64,000 bases of DNA from Candidatus Poribacteria bacterium. GTDB lineage: Bacteria > Poribacteria > WGA-4E > WGA-3G. Positions within the stretch are counted from its first letter, which is position 1, and each line of letters starts with the position of its first letter. Location of the stretch: contig CAXXUA010000013.1 of assembly GCA_963663765.2 (NCBI GenBank), positions 64,001 through 128,000 of the forward strand, in the 5' to 3' direction. The notes under the pieces were generated by a model. The model was not told where the DNA came from and made no database searches. It saw only the letters and a list, made by a program, of their open reading frames with translations. The position numbers and the translations under genes are program-made. Below are positions 10,986 to 21,705 of this stretch, piece by piece.

Positions 10986-11624
10986 TTGAAACAGTTACTG
11001 CAACACAAAACTATGAAGTTAGATACATCCTCCACACGTCACGCATCCGTTAATAATAGTGTAAAAGAACTATTTATCGCACAGTCTGATAGACCTGCAA
11101 CTTTCAAGGATATTAGTCTAAACCGATTAACAGCATTTCAACGCTCATTATTGGTAGCGGACGGCACCGTCACACGATTCATTGAAGCATATAAACTTTC
11201 ACCAGTACAGGTTGTGCTTCTATCACAGGCAAGACGCACTCTCCACAACGAACATATTTGGCTGGGTCTACCAACAGGGGGAAGTATTATCGCAAGAGAA
11301 GTAGTCCTACAATCCCCTTCCACGGAATTCAAAACACCAAACATACACGCCTATGCTGTGTCTCAAATCGTCTATGGACGTTTACCAAATATTGTCGTAG
11401 AAGGAGTAGATGCTGGAATAAACGGGTTGGGTGTTCTCCTACAACACAGCAGATTAGAAACCCTCCGCGACCTGCTCTGGTGGGGTATTGAAAGGGTAAA
11501 AGGACTACCCAGTAGTATTGCACATTTAGAAGGTCAACCTTTCCTCTGTAGAACCTATAGAATCATTGCAAATGGCAAACCTCTTATGCTTATCACAGAA
11601 AAATTCCCACTTGACGCTTCTTAA
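10986..11624 (+). CDS. Chorismate pyruvate-lyase-like (UbiC/DUF98) family protein
   Basis: RSLLVADGTVTRFIEAY, REVVL, RTYRI...LMLITEKFP motifs; start uncertain. Confidence 0.75.
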   Translation: MKQLLQHKTMKLDTSSTRHASVNNSVKELFIAQSDRPATFKDISLNRLTAFQRSLLVADGTVTRFIEAYKLSPVQVVLLSQARRTLHNEHIWLGLPTGGSIIAREVVLQSPSTEFKTPNIHAYAVSQIVYGRLPNIVVEGVDAGINGLGVLLQHSRLETLRDLLWWGIERVKGLPSSIAHLEGQPFLCRTYRIIANGKPLMLITEKFPLDAS

Positions 11625-11831
11625 ACGAATACTTGGTAGGATGGGAACTCGGGTAAGAAACCCCGTCCTACAATAGGTGAAGGACATGTTGCATAAATAG
11701 ACACCTATGAAGTATAAGTAGAGCGTATCTCATAAATATTAAATGGTTTGATTTTTTCTTTTAATTTCTCATCATCTCTGCTAAATTATATCTATTTTCA
11801 TGTGATAATGTCTCATTAGCAGCGGAAATCT

Positions 11832-11875
11832 GGTAGGAGCGACCTCCCGGTCGCGACCGGGAGGTCGCTCCTACC
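11832..11875. repeat. 44-bp perfect palindrome, GTAG-type REP doublet
   Basis: GGTAGGAGCGACCTCCCGGTCG directly followed by its exact reverse complement. Confidence 0.9.
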
Positions 11876-12052
11876 GAAGAGAGTAACCCCCTGCCAGTAA
11901 ACAGTAGAATTCCTTAATCAATACCTTCGCCATTTTTGAGTGCTTCAGTTGAATGAGTATATAGTGTTGATCTACCATTGCTCTGTGATATTGTTAGGAT
12001 TATATAAATAAAAATAACTTCAGGTTTTCGTTGAAGTATTTTTTTATCATAG

Positions 12053-12480
12053 CAGGGTTATTTAGTTTTAAGAGTTTTCTGTTATTGAGATTTACTGAAA
12101 GTTAATACCCAGGTTTGGTTTCCTAACCGAACTTTCTGCATCAGTTTTAGATTATTGAAAAATGAATATCGCTCTTTAGTCCCGACAAATGCCATACGCG
12201 CATTTGGCGTTGATTTGGTAGGGACGATATGTTTATAGAAAACGAATACCCTCCCCAGTTCTTTAGTCCCGACAAATGCCATACGCGCATTTGGCGTTGA
12301 TTTGGTAGGGACGATATGTTTATTTTTCTATGTCGTTCCTACGGAACTCAAGAGGGATAGATAACATGTTTATATAAACATATCGTCCCTACGGGACTAA
12401 AGACATGGACAAGATGGCAACACATAAAATTAACGACATAGCAAAATATTATCAATAATATTGAAAACTGAATAACCCTG
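12053..12480. mobile_element. MITE family F (CAGGGTTATTYAGTTTT TIR, ISAs1-like ends by inference); related composite 51400-52231
   Basis: TIR with AAAACTGAATAACCCTG; imperfect flanking duplication TTATCA. Confidence 0.65.
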
Positions 12481-12644
12481 TTATCACATCCTCTAATTTG
12501 ACAATAGAAATGACTATATCAGCAATCTGACAGAATAATTTATAGGCACAATCTGGCAGAATGTGCTACCACTGCCCGCACAATCTGGAAGAATGTCTAT
12601 TATTGGCGAAGGTATTGTAGACTTAAGATAATTATCTAAATTAC

Positions 12645-12871
12645 TTGGTGTCTCTTATGCCAGCAAAACAATATAAAGACATTCTTGATCATGATCAACG
12701 AGATTATCTCATTGATTTAATTTCTTCTGGTATTGATTCTGCACGAAAACTTACGCGTGTTAGGTTCTTATGGAAAGCCGACGAAGGCGAGTGTGGATCC
12801 GCCTATGACGAAAATCAGATAAAAGAAGCTCTTGACGTATCAAAACATACTATTGAGAGAACACGTAAAAC
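12645..12871 (+). pseudogene. IS630-family transposase N-terminal fragment, truncated by IS3
   Basis: RKLTRVRFLWKADEG...IKEALDVS..TIERTRK HTH region ends at the IS3 left IR. Confidence 0.7.
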
Positions 12872-13807
12872 TGTACTGCCATCGGAAATTCTGGCCACTC
12901 TCTAAAACAAGATTGTGGTATAATAGCAAAACTACTGAAAGGAGTATCCGATGGCGAAACGAAAACGATGAAACTTCACTCCCGAGTTTAAAGCCGAAGT
13001 CGTTCTTGAGGCACTTATGGGTGAAAGTTCACAGGCAGAACTGTGTCGGAGACACAGCCTCAGCGATGAACAACTCTCAAAGTGGAAGCGACAACTTCAT
13101 AAAATGCTACGACCCTCTTTGAACCCTCTGATAAGCGGTCTAATGCTGATGCGGAGCGGATTGCACACCTTGAGCAACTCGTTGGACGGTTGACCGTAGC
13201 ACTTGACATCCAAAAAAAAGACTCGACTTGGTTGAGTTTACCCCAATGGAGCAGCGGGAAATGGTTCAGGCACTACAGACAGACTATTCGGTTCGGTAGA
13301 TATGTGATACACTCGGTTTTATCCGAAGCAATCTCTATTATCACCTGAAAAGGGATCCTTCTGAAACGGGTCTGCGAGAGGAAATAGAGGCGTTGTATCT
13401 TCAGTATCCGACATACGGTTATAGGCGTATCACAACATTTAAAGGCAGCATTACGTCAAAGTGTTCCAGAAATCCATCATTCTGATCAAGGCGTTCAGTA
13501 TCTGTCATAAGCCTACGTTTCAATGTTAGAGCAACATAAGGTTGAGGTATCGGTTGCCCGTAGAGGCTGTCCTTGGGAGAATGGATATGCTGAAAGACTT
13601 ATCCGCACTCTCAAATAAGAAGAAATTCACCTCAACAACTATAAGGAAATCCACGAAGCAATAACCCACATTGGGCATTTTATTACACAAGTGTCCAATC
13701 ACAAACGTCCTCACTCTGCTTTAGGGTATTTGACACCTGTGGAATTTCAACTAAAAAACTTGTCTTAACTATGCTGATTTTTGATCTGAATTACCGTTGG
13801 CACTTCA
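12872..13807 (+). mobile_element. Decayed, internally deleted IS3-family element
   Basis: 26-bp imperfect TIRs TGTACTGCCATCGG.../...CCGTTGGCACTTCA; OrfA remnant (RNFTPEFKAEVVL) and OrfB remnants (YGYRR, HHSDQG, WENGYAE, RPHSALGYLTP) with stops and frameshifts. Confidence 0.85.
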
Positions 13808-14133
13808 TTGTTTACACCTACCTGTTAGTTTAACATAGAGTTTTTTCGTATGTTTTTGATGTGAATATATTGTAAGTGATTTTTGATTGTGTATATAGTT
13901 TGTTGTGTGATTGTATATTGGGATTTCCAATTGATATCCATAGATACTGAGTTTGATAATTCGGGGTGAGAAGCTGCTAAAATAAATATGCTTTTTGACA
14001 ATTGAATGCCTCTGACATCTACTACAAATTCTATTGACAGATACCGAAGATTGCTATAAGATAAACTCATAATTGAATATAGATATTTTTTCAAATACGC
14101 ATTTCATATTACAAATTTAGAAGGAGCATCACA

Positions 14134-15012
14134 ATGCCCGAACGGGTTAATAAAGCGATTGAATTATTAGAAGCTGAACAGCCAGTTTTCTATACTGGCA
14201 GCCACACAGGTGCTGACTTAAACTATGACGCTGGACGCGCTATGGCAAAAACATGGGCAGACTATATCAACATCGGTATGGAACACGGGTGCTTTGACCT
14301 ATCCGGATTAGACCAATTTATGCGCGGACTAGCAGATGGCGGTCCCACAAATAGTGGACATAAAACTCCCGCTGTCATTGTTGAACTTCCCGTAGACGGC
14401 ATCAGTTCAGAGACAATTCGTGCAAACGGATGGCAGATGCGGCAGCTGCTTGCGCGTGGCGTGCATGGATTATTGCTCTGCCATGCAGAATCTCCTGAAG
14501 CCGTAAAAGCATTCGTTGAAGCATGTCGCTACCCATTCCAGACAATCGGAGTTGGGACGCAATTGGACGTAGGACGACGCGGCTCAGCAGGACAAGGTTC
14601 CGCTGCACCCATCTGGGGTATCTCTACTGATAAATATCTGGATGTCGCTGACCCGTGGCCCCTTAATCCGGACGGGGAACTGCTACTCGGACTCAAGTTT
14701 GAAAACAAACGCGCTTTAGCAAACGTTGAAATGACTGCAAGGGTGCCAGGAATCGCTTTTGCAGAATGGGGTCCGGGAGATATGAGCATGTCTTTCGGTC
14801 ATAAACACCAACCAAACCCACGACCACAGGAACTCCAAGATGCACGAGATCGTATCTTCGCAGCATGCAAATCTGCTGGTCTTCGCTTTTTAGAGAGTGC
14901 ATCACCAGACACAATAGAAGCAAGCATTGATGCTGGTGTCAGAATCTGCGGGTCAGGTGAACAATCAGCTCGTATCGGACGCGCATATACTAAAAGAACA
15001 ATGCCTGTTTAA
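14134..15012 (+). CDS. HpcH/HpaI aldolase family protein
   Basis: MEHG, LARGVHGLL, ACRYP, GPGDMSMS motifs. Confidence 0.85.
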   Translation: MPERVNKAIELLEAEQPVFYTGSHTGADLNYDAGRAMAKTWADYINIGMEHGCFDLSGLDQFMRGLADGGPTNSGHKTPAVIVELPVDGISSETIRANGWQMRQLLARGVHGLLLCHAESPEAVKAFVEACRYPFQTIGVGTQLDVGRRGSAGQGSAAPIWGISTDKYLDVADPWPLNPDGELLLGLKFENKRALANVEMTARVPGIAFAEWGPGDMSMSFGHKHQPNPRPQELQDARDRIFAACKSAGLRFLESASPDTIEASIDAGVRICGSGEQSARIGRAYTKRTMPV

Positions 15013-15049
15013 CCGAACTCAATTGGCACTTCAAGAAAAGAGGTAAACG

Positions 15050-15787
15050 ATGCCATTTACAGAACAAGAAATACTATCCGAATTACGAAAATATGATACC
15101 CCATCAATAACAAATGTAGTCGCGACATATCCAAATAACCCACTCTGTCTTGGACTTTACAACCCTTGGACAGAAAACTGGTACACAGATACCACAATCC
15201 GATGCATGTATCCAGAGTTGGGTGCAGTTGCGGGGTATGCAGTCACATGCGTCTACGGTATGCCAGATCCTGATTATTCCCGTCTATCCTTTATGGACGT
15301 AGTTGATGTGTTGGACGGATCCAAGAAACCAACAATTCTGGCACTTCAACAAAAGTTCCCACCAGAATTGGCAAACAAAGTCGGTTTAGCAGGTGGCAAT
15401 ATGACTGCTGCTATGAAGTCTGTTGGGTGTTTAGGGGCAATATCAAACGGACCCTCGCGCGACATTGATGAAATCCGTCCAATGGATTTCCAATATCTAT
15501 TGAGCGGAATCTCACCCGGACACGGTGGCATGGCGGTGCATGCTGTCAATGTCCCTGTCTCAATAGCAGGAATGGATGTATCACCCGGAGAAATTATCCA
15601 CATGGACGAAAACGGAGCATGTAAGTTCCCAGGAGAGAAATTAGAAACTGTATTGACAAACGTGCAAGCATTGTTGAAAGCGGAAGGGAACAGGATTGAG
15701 CAACTGTTGTCAGGACCAAAAACAGCTAAACAGGTCCGTGCGATCTTCAGCGGACATTCTTACGCAGAAGATGAGAAGGAATCGTAA
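15050..15787 (+). CDS. RraA/HMG-aldolase family protein
   Basis: GYAVT, GGNM, NGPSRDIDE, VSPGEIIHMDENG. Confidence 0.88.
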   Translation: MPFTEQEILSELRKYDTPSITNVVATYPNNPLCLGLYNPWTENWYTDTTIRCMYPELGAVAGYAVTCVYGMPDPDYSRLSFMDVVDVLDGSKKPTILALQQKFPPELANKVGLAGGNMTAAMKSVGCLGAISNGPSRDIDEIRPMDFQYLLSGISPGHGGMAVHAVNVPVSIAGMDVSPGEIIHMDENGACKFPGEKLETVLTNVQALLKAEGNRIEQLLSGPKTAKQVRAIFSGHSYAEDEKES

Positions 15788-16295
15788 ACAGCAATCAATA
15801 CTGATAAATAATAGACATTATAACGGTTTAATTGTACAGGTTTTTGGTACCGAATAAATCTAAATTTTGTAGGTTAGATAGAGAGAAGTATAACCAAAAA
15901 TCAACAGTATAAATTCCGTTTTGACATTCGCCGGGTCGTTCCTACCAGATCTCCGCTGCTAATGAGACATACTATATGCGACTTGTGTCAGTTAACAGAA
16001 TGCTGTGTTGGTTTTCAGAAATATGCACATTAGTGCTATTAACATATCGTCTCTACGGGACTAAAGAGTATATCAACATAAGTGAAGTCACCATAATGCG
16101 TTCTGCTTATATGAAGAAATATATTTTAATTAGTTAATTAGCACGACTCGTAATATATTGGAAATAGTATTATTTCAAAAACTGTATAGGCCTATCTTGC
16201 ATGTTTTTCCTTTGACTCCACAGTCATATATGTAATATAATACATTACATATTTAAGCTGTTCACAATTAAGTTTTCTAAATAGGAGTAGTAAAT

Positions 16296-16526
16296 GTGAA
16301 AAAAGAACGCTTGACTATAGGACAAATGAAAGATAAATATCCAAATCAGTGGTTGTTTATTATTGATTGTGAAATTAATGAAAATACTACAGAACTTGTG
16401 TCAGGTGTAGTTACTGTCAATAGCCCTTCAAGGCACGATGTGGACAAAGCATCAAGTGAATATATAGGCAGTGCAGCTATACATTTTACTGGTGAGATCC
16501 CTGAAGGAAGATTGTATTTACTGTAA
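16296..16526 (+). CDS. Small hypothetical protein coupled to an aspartyl protease gene
   Basis: AGGAG RBS, GTG start, KYPNQWL motif, TAATG overlap with the next gene. Confidence 0.7.
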   Translation: MKKERLTIGQMKDKYPNQWLFIIDCEINENTTELVSGVVTVNSPSRHDVDKASSEYIGSAAIHFTGEIPEGRLYLL

Positions 16527-16957
16527 TGACTACAATTAGTCTTAGACGTTTAGCAGACGGTTTAATTATAGTTGAATCCCAAATATATGATGCTAATTGT
16601 GACAGTATATTTAGAAAGTTAAATTTAGCATTGGATACTGCTGCATCACTTACCACAATCAGATCAGATGTCTTATGCAGTTTAAACTATGATATATTTA
16701 ATCCCATAAATACATTAAATATTATTACTGGGAATGGATATATGGATATGGGATGTATAAAACTAAGTATGTTAACGGTATTTGGTTGCAGTTTCAAAAA
16801 TGTTCGTGTAGGAATTATTGAATTGACCAAAGAAGAATACATAGATGGGGTGTTAGGACAGAATATACTTTCTATGTTTGATTATACCGTCAGAAATTCT
16901 AATAATACTATGGAAATTGAACGTATAAAAAACCAAGAAACAACAATTACTCCTTGA
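16526..16957 (+). CDS. Retropepsin-like (clan AA) aspartyl protease
   Basis: LALDTAAS (DTG-like), TGNG flap, DGVLGQNIL. Confidence 0.8.
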   Translation: MTTISLRRLADGLIIVESQIYDANCDSIFRKLNLALDTAASLTTIRSDVLCSLNYDIFNPINTLNIITGNGYMDMGCIKLSMLTVFGCSFKNVRVGIIELTKEEYIDGVLGQNILSMFDYTVRNSNNTMEIERIKNQETTITP

Positions 16958-17109
16958 ATTTAATATCTTTTAATTTGAGTTGCTCTATAATCTTATGGAA
17001 TGTAAAAATCTATGTAACATTAACTAAGACCTATAGAATTATATTTAAGGTGCTGTAACACCACGTGTTGCAACACCAAAATCTAACACTTATGGAGAAC
17101 TTTCAATAG

Positions 17110-17571
17110 ATGAAAATAGAAAAACGACTGGAAGAATTGGGTATTGAATTGCCCCCGCCTGCAACACCTGTTGCGAATTACGTTACGACCGTTCAAACAG
17201 GAAACCTTGTTTTTACATCTGGGCACGGTCCTGGTACAGGTGAAGGAAAAATCTATAAAAGTCAACTGGGAACGGATGCATCAGTTGAAGAAGGTTACGC
17301 ATCTGCACGACAGGTTGCACTTGGATTGATCAGCACACTTAAACATGCGTTAGGGGATTTGGATCGGATTAAACGCGTTGTGAAGGTCGTAGGATTTATC
17401 AACTCCTCTGCAGATTTCACTGACCAACCGGCTGTACTAAACGGTGCATCGGATCTGTTTGTAGAAGTTTTCGGTGATAAAGGCAAACATGCACGTTCTG
17501 CAGTCGGTATGGTGCAATTGCCCGGTGGTATTCCTGTTGAAATTGAAATGATCGTAGAAATTGAAGACTAA
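17110..17571 (+). CDS. RidA/YjgF family protein (Atu1372-like)
   Basis: PVANY, SGHGP, NGASDL, HARSAVG, VEIE. Confidence 0.92.
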   Translation: MKIEKRLEELGIELPPPATPVANYVTTVQTGNLVFTSGHGPGTGEGKIYKSQLGTDASVEEGYASARQVALGLISTLKHALGDLDRIKRVVKVVGFINSSADFTDQPAVLNGASDLFVEVFGDKGKHARSAVGMVQLPGGIPVEIEMIVEIED

Positions 17572-17594
17572 CCTCTTTAGGAAAGAAGATTATA

Positions 17595-18788
17595 ATGGCA
17601 GTTCAAATAGTTCGACCTCGTATTCGCGGGTTTATCTGCACAAACGCCCATCCTGCCGGTTGTCAAGCAAACATTCAAAATCAGATAGCATATATAAGAG
17701 AGAATACATCACACAATGCCTCAGGTCTCAACGCGCTTGTTGTCGGTGCGTCAACGGGATATGGACTTGCTTCTCGTATCGCCTTGACGTGGGGATACGG
17801 TGCAAATACTTTGGGGCTACTTTACGAACGTCCTGCGGATGCCAGAAGGACAGCATCAGCAGGTTATTACAACACTGTTGCTTTTCATCAATATGCACAG
17901 CAAGATGGTTTTCTTGCTGAAAGTATCAACGGTGATGCCTTTTCGGACGAGGTGAAGCAAGGGACAATAACACAACTCAAAGAGAATTTTGGGAAAATAG
18001 ATTTTCTGGTTTATAGTATCGCTGCACCGCGCCGAACCCATCCACGTAACGGTGAAACGCATAATTCTGTGCTGAAACCGATAGGTGATTCCTACACGGG
18101 AAAAACGATTGATCTAAACAACGAATCCGTTGTGCCCGTGACAATTGAACCCGCTGATGACAAAGAAATTGCTGACACAATCGCTGTGATGGGGGGTGAG
18201 GACTTAGAAATGTGGGTTGATACTTTAGATGACGCTGAGTTGCTTGCACCAGAGGTTACGGTCGTTGCATATACTTACATCGGTAGTGCGTTAACTTGGG
18301 CAATTTACCGTGATGGTACTATCGGGAAGGCGAAAGATGACCTGAAGCAACGAGTTGATGCACTTGATGAAAAACTTGCAAATCTGTTTGGTGGTAATGC
18401 ATATATATCAGTGAATAAGGCTGTCGTCACACAAGCCTCTGCGGCAATCCCTGTTGTACCTCTCTACATCAGTATTCTCTACGATATTATGAATGAAAAG
18501 GGGATTAATGAGGCACCAATCGGACAGATGCAGCGATTATTTTCGGAACATCTTGGTCCTGGGTTACAACCCCTGCTTGATAGTGACCGTTACATTCGAC
18601 TTGATGATAGAGAATTAGGACAAGATGTGACAGATGCGGTTACTGAACGATGGGAAAAAATTGATACCGACAATTTTCATGACCTTTCTGATTATGTTGG
18701 TTACAGAAGACGTTTCCGAAATCTCTTCGGATTTGAAGTTGAAGACGTTGCCTATGATGAAGCAGTGGAAACAGAATTAACATTTTAA
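17595..18788 (+). CDS. fabV: Enoyl-ACP/trans-2-enoyl-CoA reductase FabV
   Basis: [48 protein letters not shown]. Confidence 0.95.
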   Translation: MAVQIVRPRIRGFICTNAHPAGCQANIQNQIAYIRENTSHNASGLNALVVGASTGYGLASRIALTWGYGANTLGLLYERPADARRTASAGYYNTVAFHQYAQQDGFLAESINGDAFSDEVKQGTITQLKENFGKIDFLVYSIAAPRRTHPRNGETHNSVLKPIGDSYTGKTIDLNNESVVPVTIEPADDKEIADTIAVMGGEDLEMWVDTLDDAELLAPEVTVVAYTYIGSALTWAIYRDGTIGKAKDDLKQRVDALDEKLANLFGGNAYISVNKAVVTQASAAIPVVPLYISILYDIMNEKGINEAPIGQMQRLFSEHLGPGLQPLLDSDRYIRLDDRELGQDVTDAVTERWEKIDTDNFHDLSDYVGYRRRFRNLFGFEVEDVAYDEAVETELTF

Positions 18789-18798
18789 GGAGAAACTT

Positions 18799-19521
18799 AT
18801 GTCACAACCTTTTGTAACAGTTTGGAACGAATTTAGACACGAAAAATCCAACGAAAGGATTCGCGCTCTTTACCCCGAAGGTATTCACGCCACGATTGCC
18901 GATGGATTAAGCGAACATGGTATTGAAACGTTAACAGCAACGTTAGATGAGCCAGAACACGGTTTAACTGACAAAGTACTGGATAAGACAGACGTGTTGA
19001 TCTGGTGGGGACATGCTGCACACGGTGCTGTTGAAGATGCAATTGCTAATAAAGTCAAAAACCGCGTGCTGCAAGGCATGGGACTGATTGTGTTGCATTC
19101 TGGACACTATTCAAAACCTTTCACGCGTCTGATGGGAACATCATGTAGTCTTAAATGGCGAGAAGCAGCAGAAAAGGAACGTATCTGGGTGATTGAACAC
19201 GGACACCCCATCGTTGAAGGTCTTGATGAATACTTTGAGATTGAAAAGACCGAAATGTATGGCGAACCCTTTGACATTCCAGAACCGGACACACTTATTT
19301 TCATTAGTTGGTTCCCTGGTGGTGAAGTATTCCGTAGTGGCTGTTGTTACTATCGGGGTAGAGGTAAGATTTTCTATTTTCGTCCCGGACATGAAACATA
19401 TCCAATCTATTACGATAAGAATGTGCGTCAGGTGATTGCGAATGCGGCGCGATGGGCTGCACCTGGAGATACTCCCAAACCTGTATTTGGACATTCACAA
19501 CCATTAGAACCACTTAGTTAA
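18799..19521 (+). CDS. thuA: ThuA trehalose-utilisation family protein
   Basis: [36 protein letters not shown]. Confidence 0.92.
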   Translation: MSQPFVTVWNEFRHEKSNERIRALYPEGIHATIADGLSEHGIETLTATLDEPEHGLTDKVLDKTDVLIWWGHAAHGAVEDAIANKVKNRVLQGMGLIVLHSGHYSKPFTRLMGTSCSLKWREAAEKERIWVIEHGHPIVEGLDEYFEIEKTEMYGEPFDIPEPDTLIFISWFPGGEVFRSGCCYYRGRGKIFYFRPGHETYPIYYDKNVRQVIANAARWAAPGDTPKPVFGHSQPLEPLS

Positions 19522-19630
19522 CAGCAGATAGTAACTTATGACTTATGCAAGCACTTTGAGACAGTTTAAAGTCTTGTGTTGTACTGAGATGGTCGCAGTT
19601 TACCTTTTTTGCTAAGGAGGTATTACCAAA

Positions 19631-21652
19631 ATGTATATCAAACGTTTGTTCTTTACTGTCATATTTTTATTTTGTTTCTTAGCATTGAGTTTTGCAGAAG
19701 ATGACCGTCAGATAGTACGTCTCAATAAAGGTAGTGTTAGCGAAGTAGTATATTCACCAGATGGACAAAGTTTAGCGGTTGCTGGTGGTTTAGGCGTTTG
19801 GCTTTACCCGACGCAAACTAGTGAAGACCCAGAATTAATTGAACACCCAAATTCTGTAATAAACATATCGTTTAGTTCGGATGGTAAAACCGTTGCCGGT
19901 TCAGATGTGCGAGGTTCCGTTCTCGTGTGGGATCTTGAAACAAGAGAACTTCAACAGACATTCAGAACAATAAATCTTATATTAGACGTATCAATCAGTC
20001 CAGATGGCCAGTTCGTCGCTATTGCAAGTTCAAATGGACTGATTCGCATGTGGGATATTATGACAGATGAACTTCTCTATACAGTTGAAGCTCATGTAAA
20101 TAGATATGTCAGTACCTTATCCTTCAGTCCAGATGGACAAATACTCGCAAGTGGTGGAACAGACGCTGTAGTCAACTTGTGGGATGTCAAATCAGGTAAC
20201 CTCCTTCATACACTTAGAGGAAATCTGAATAGAGTCACTCGTGTGACGTTCAGTCCTAATGGGCAATTACTTGCAACTTGCAGTCTTGACAATGCTATCC
20301 TTTTATGGGACGTTCAGACAGGTAAACTCCACAACGCAATCACTGGAAGTGCAGATTGGGGCTTTAGTTTATCGTTCAGTCCAGATGGGGAGATGCTTGC
20401 GTCTGGAGGGGTAGATCGTAATGTCCATATATGGGATGTTAGAACCGTTAAACACCTTCAGACACTCACAGGCCACCAATATAGTGTCGATGGTTTATCG
20501 TTCAGTCCGGATGGGGAGACATTAGCAAGCGTGAGTACTCAGGACAGTGACGTCCAAATATGGAATCTTAGTACAAGTAGCCTCAGATACACACTCTTGG
20601 GACATAGCGGTGGTATCTGGAGTTTATCGTTTAGTCCGGATGGTCGTACACTTGCCAATATAAGTCAGGGAACCGTTAGTTTGTTGGAAGTTGGTACTGG
20701 TGACATTCAACACACGTTTCTGGGAAATACGGTTTCTTTCAGTCCAGAGGGGCAAACGGTTGCTATCGCAGGATTAAATCCCAATGTTAGTTTGATGAAT
20801 ATTAGTACAGGTAAAATCCAACAAACCCTTGAGTTAGATACTGATCCTTTATATATATCGTTCAACCGTGATGGACAGAAACTTGGTATTCTGGATAGGG
20901 ATGGTACAATCTATTCATGGGATGTAAAAACGAATGGTCTTCATCATACATTCTCGGAACTTGCTCGTTATATTAGCATCCGTTTTCATGGTCATATCTT
21001 GTTCAGTCCAGATTTGCGATTTCTTGCAATAACGCATTATGATAAGCACACCGATTCGTATAGTACCATACATTTGTTGGATGTTGGTACAGGTAAACTT
21101 CTTCACACACTCTATGGGCATGGGGATTCGGTCAGGAGTCTATCTTTCAGTGTGGATGGAAAGACGCTTGTAAGTGGAAGTTGGGACTCGACCATCCGAT
21201 TGTGGGATGTTGAAACCGGTCGTCTTCTGCAGGTACCCATAAGACAAGGTGGACTGATTTACAGTGTATCGCTCAGCCCAGATGGACAAACACTCGCAAG
21301 CGGAGGTTTTGACGGTACCATCTATTTGTGGGATGTTGAGTCAGGTAATCTGAAAGACACGCTCACGGGGAATAGTAACAGGGTTACAAATGTGTTGTTC
21401 AGTCCAGATGGACAGGTCCTTGCAATCAGCAGAGTGGGTGGCACCATTTTCTTGTGGGATAATATCCCCGCGCCACCTGAACCAGAAAAACACTTAGCAG
21501 ATGTCAACGCGGACGGTGTTGTCAACATACAAGATTTGAGATTGGTTGCGGCAGACTTCGGTAAGACAGGTGTATACGTTACGGATGTCAATGGTGATGG
21601 CACAGTCAACATTCAGGACCTTGTTTTTGTGGTAGCGGCTTTTGATGATTAA
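19631..21652 (+). CDS. Secreted WD40-repeat protein with C-terminal dockerin-like domain
   Basis: Signal peptide; many FSPDG..LAS...LWD repeats; DVNADGVVNIQDL twice. Confidence 0.92.
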   Translation: MYIKRLFFTVIFLFCFLALSFAEDDRQIVRLNKGSVSEVVYSPDGQSLAVAGGLGVWLYPTQTSEDPELIEHPNSVINISFSSDGKTVAGSDVRGSVLVWDLETRELQQTFRTINLILDVSISPDGQFVAIASSNGLIRMWDIMTDELLYTVEAHVNRYVSTLSFSPDGQILASGGTDAVVNLWDVKSGNLLHTLRGNLNRVTRVTFSPNGQLLATCSLDNAILLWDVQTGKLHNAITGSADWGFSLSFSPDGEMLASGGVDRNVHIWDVRTVKHLQTLTGHQYSVDGLSFSPDGETLASVSTQDSDVQIWNLSTSSLRYTLLGHSGGIWSLSFSPDGRTLANISQGTVSLLEVGTGDIQHTFLGNTVSFSPEGQTVAIAGLNPNVSLMNISTGKIQQTLELDTDPLYISFNRDGQKLGILDRDGTIYSWDVKTNGLHHTFSELARYISIRFHGHILFSPDLRFLAITHYDKHTDSYSTIHLLDVGTGKLLHTLYGHGDSVRSLSFSVDGKTLVSGSWDSTIRLWDVETGRLLQVPIRQGGLIYSVSLSPDGQTLASGGFDGTIYLWDVESGNLKDTLTGNSNRVTNVLFSPDGQVLAISRVGGTIFLWDNIPAPPEPEKHLADVNADGVVNIQDLRLVAADFGKTGVYVTDVNGDGTVNIQDLVFVVAAFDD

Positions 21653-21705
21653 CGCGTGCGAAGACAATAATCAAATTCCTTGACATCTTCATAAGAAGGA
21701 AAAAC

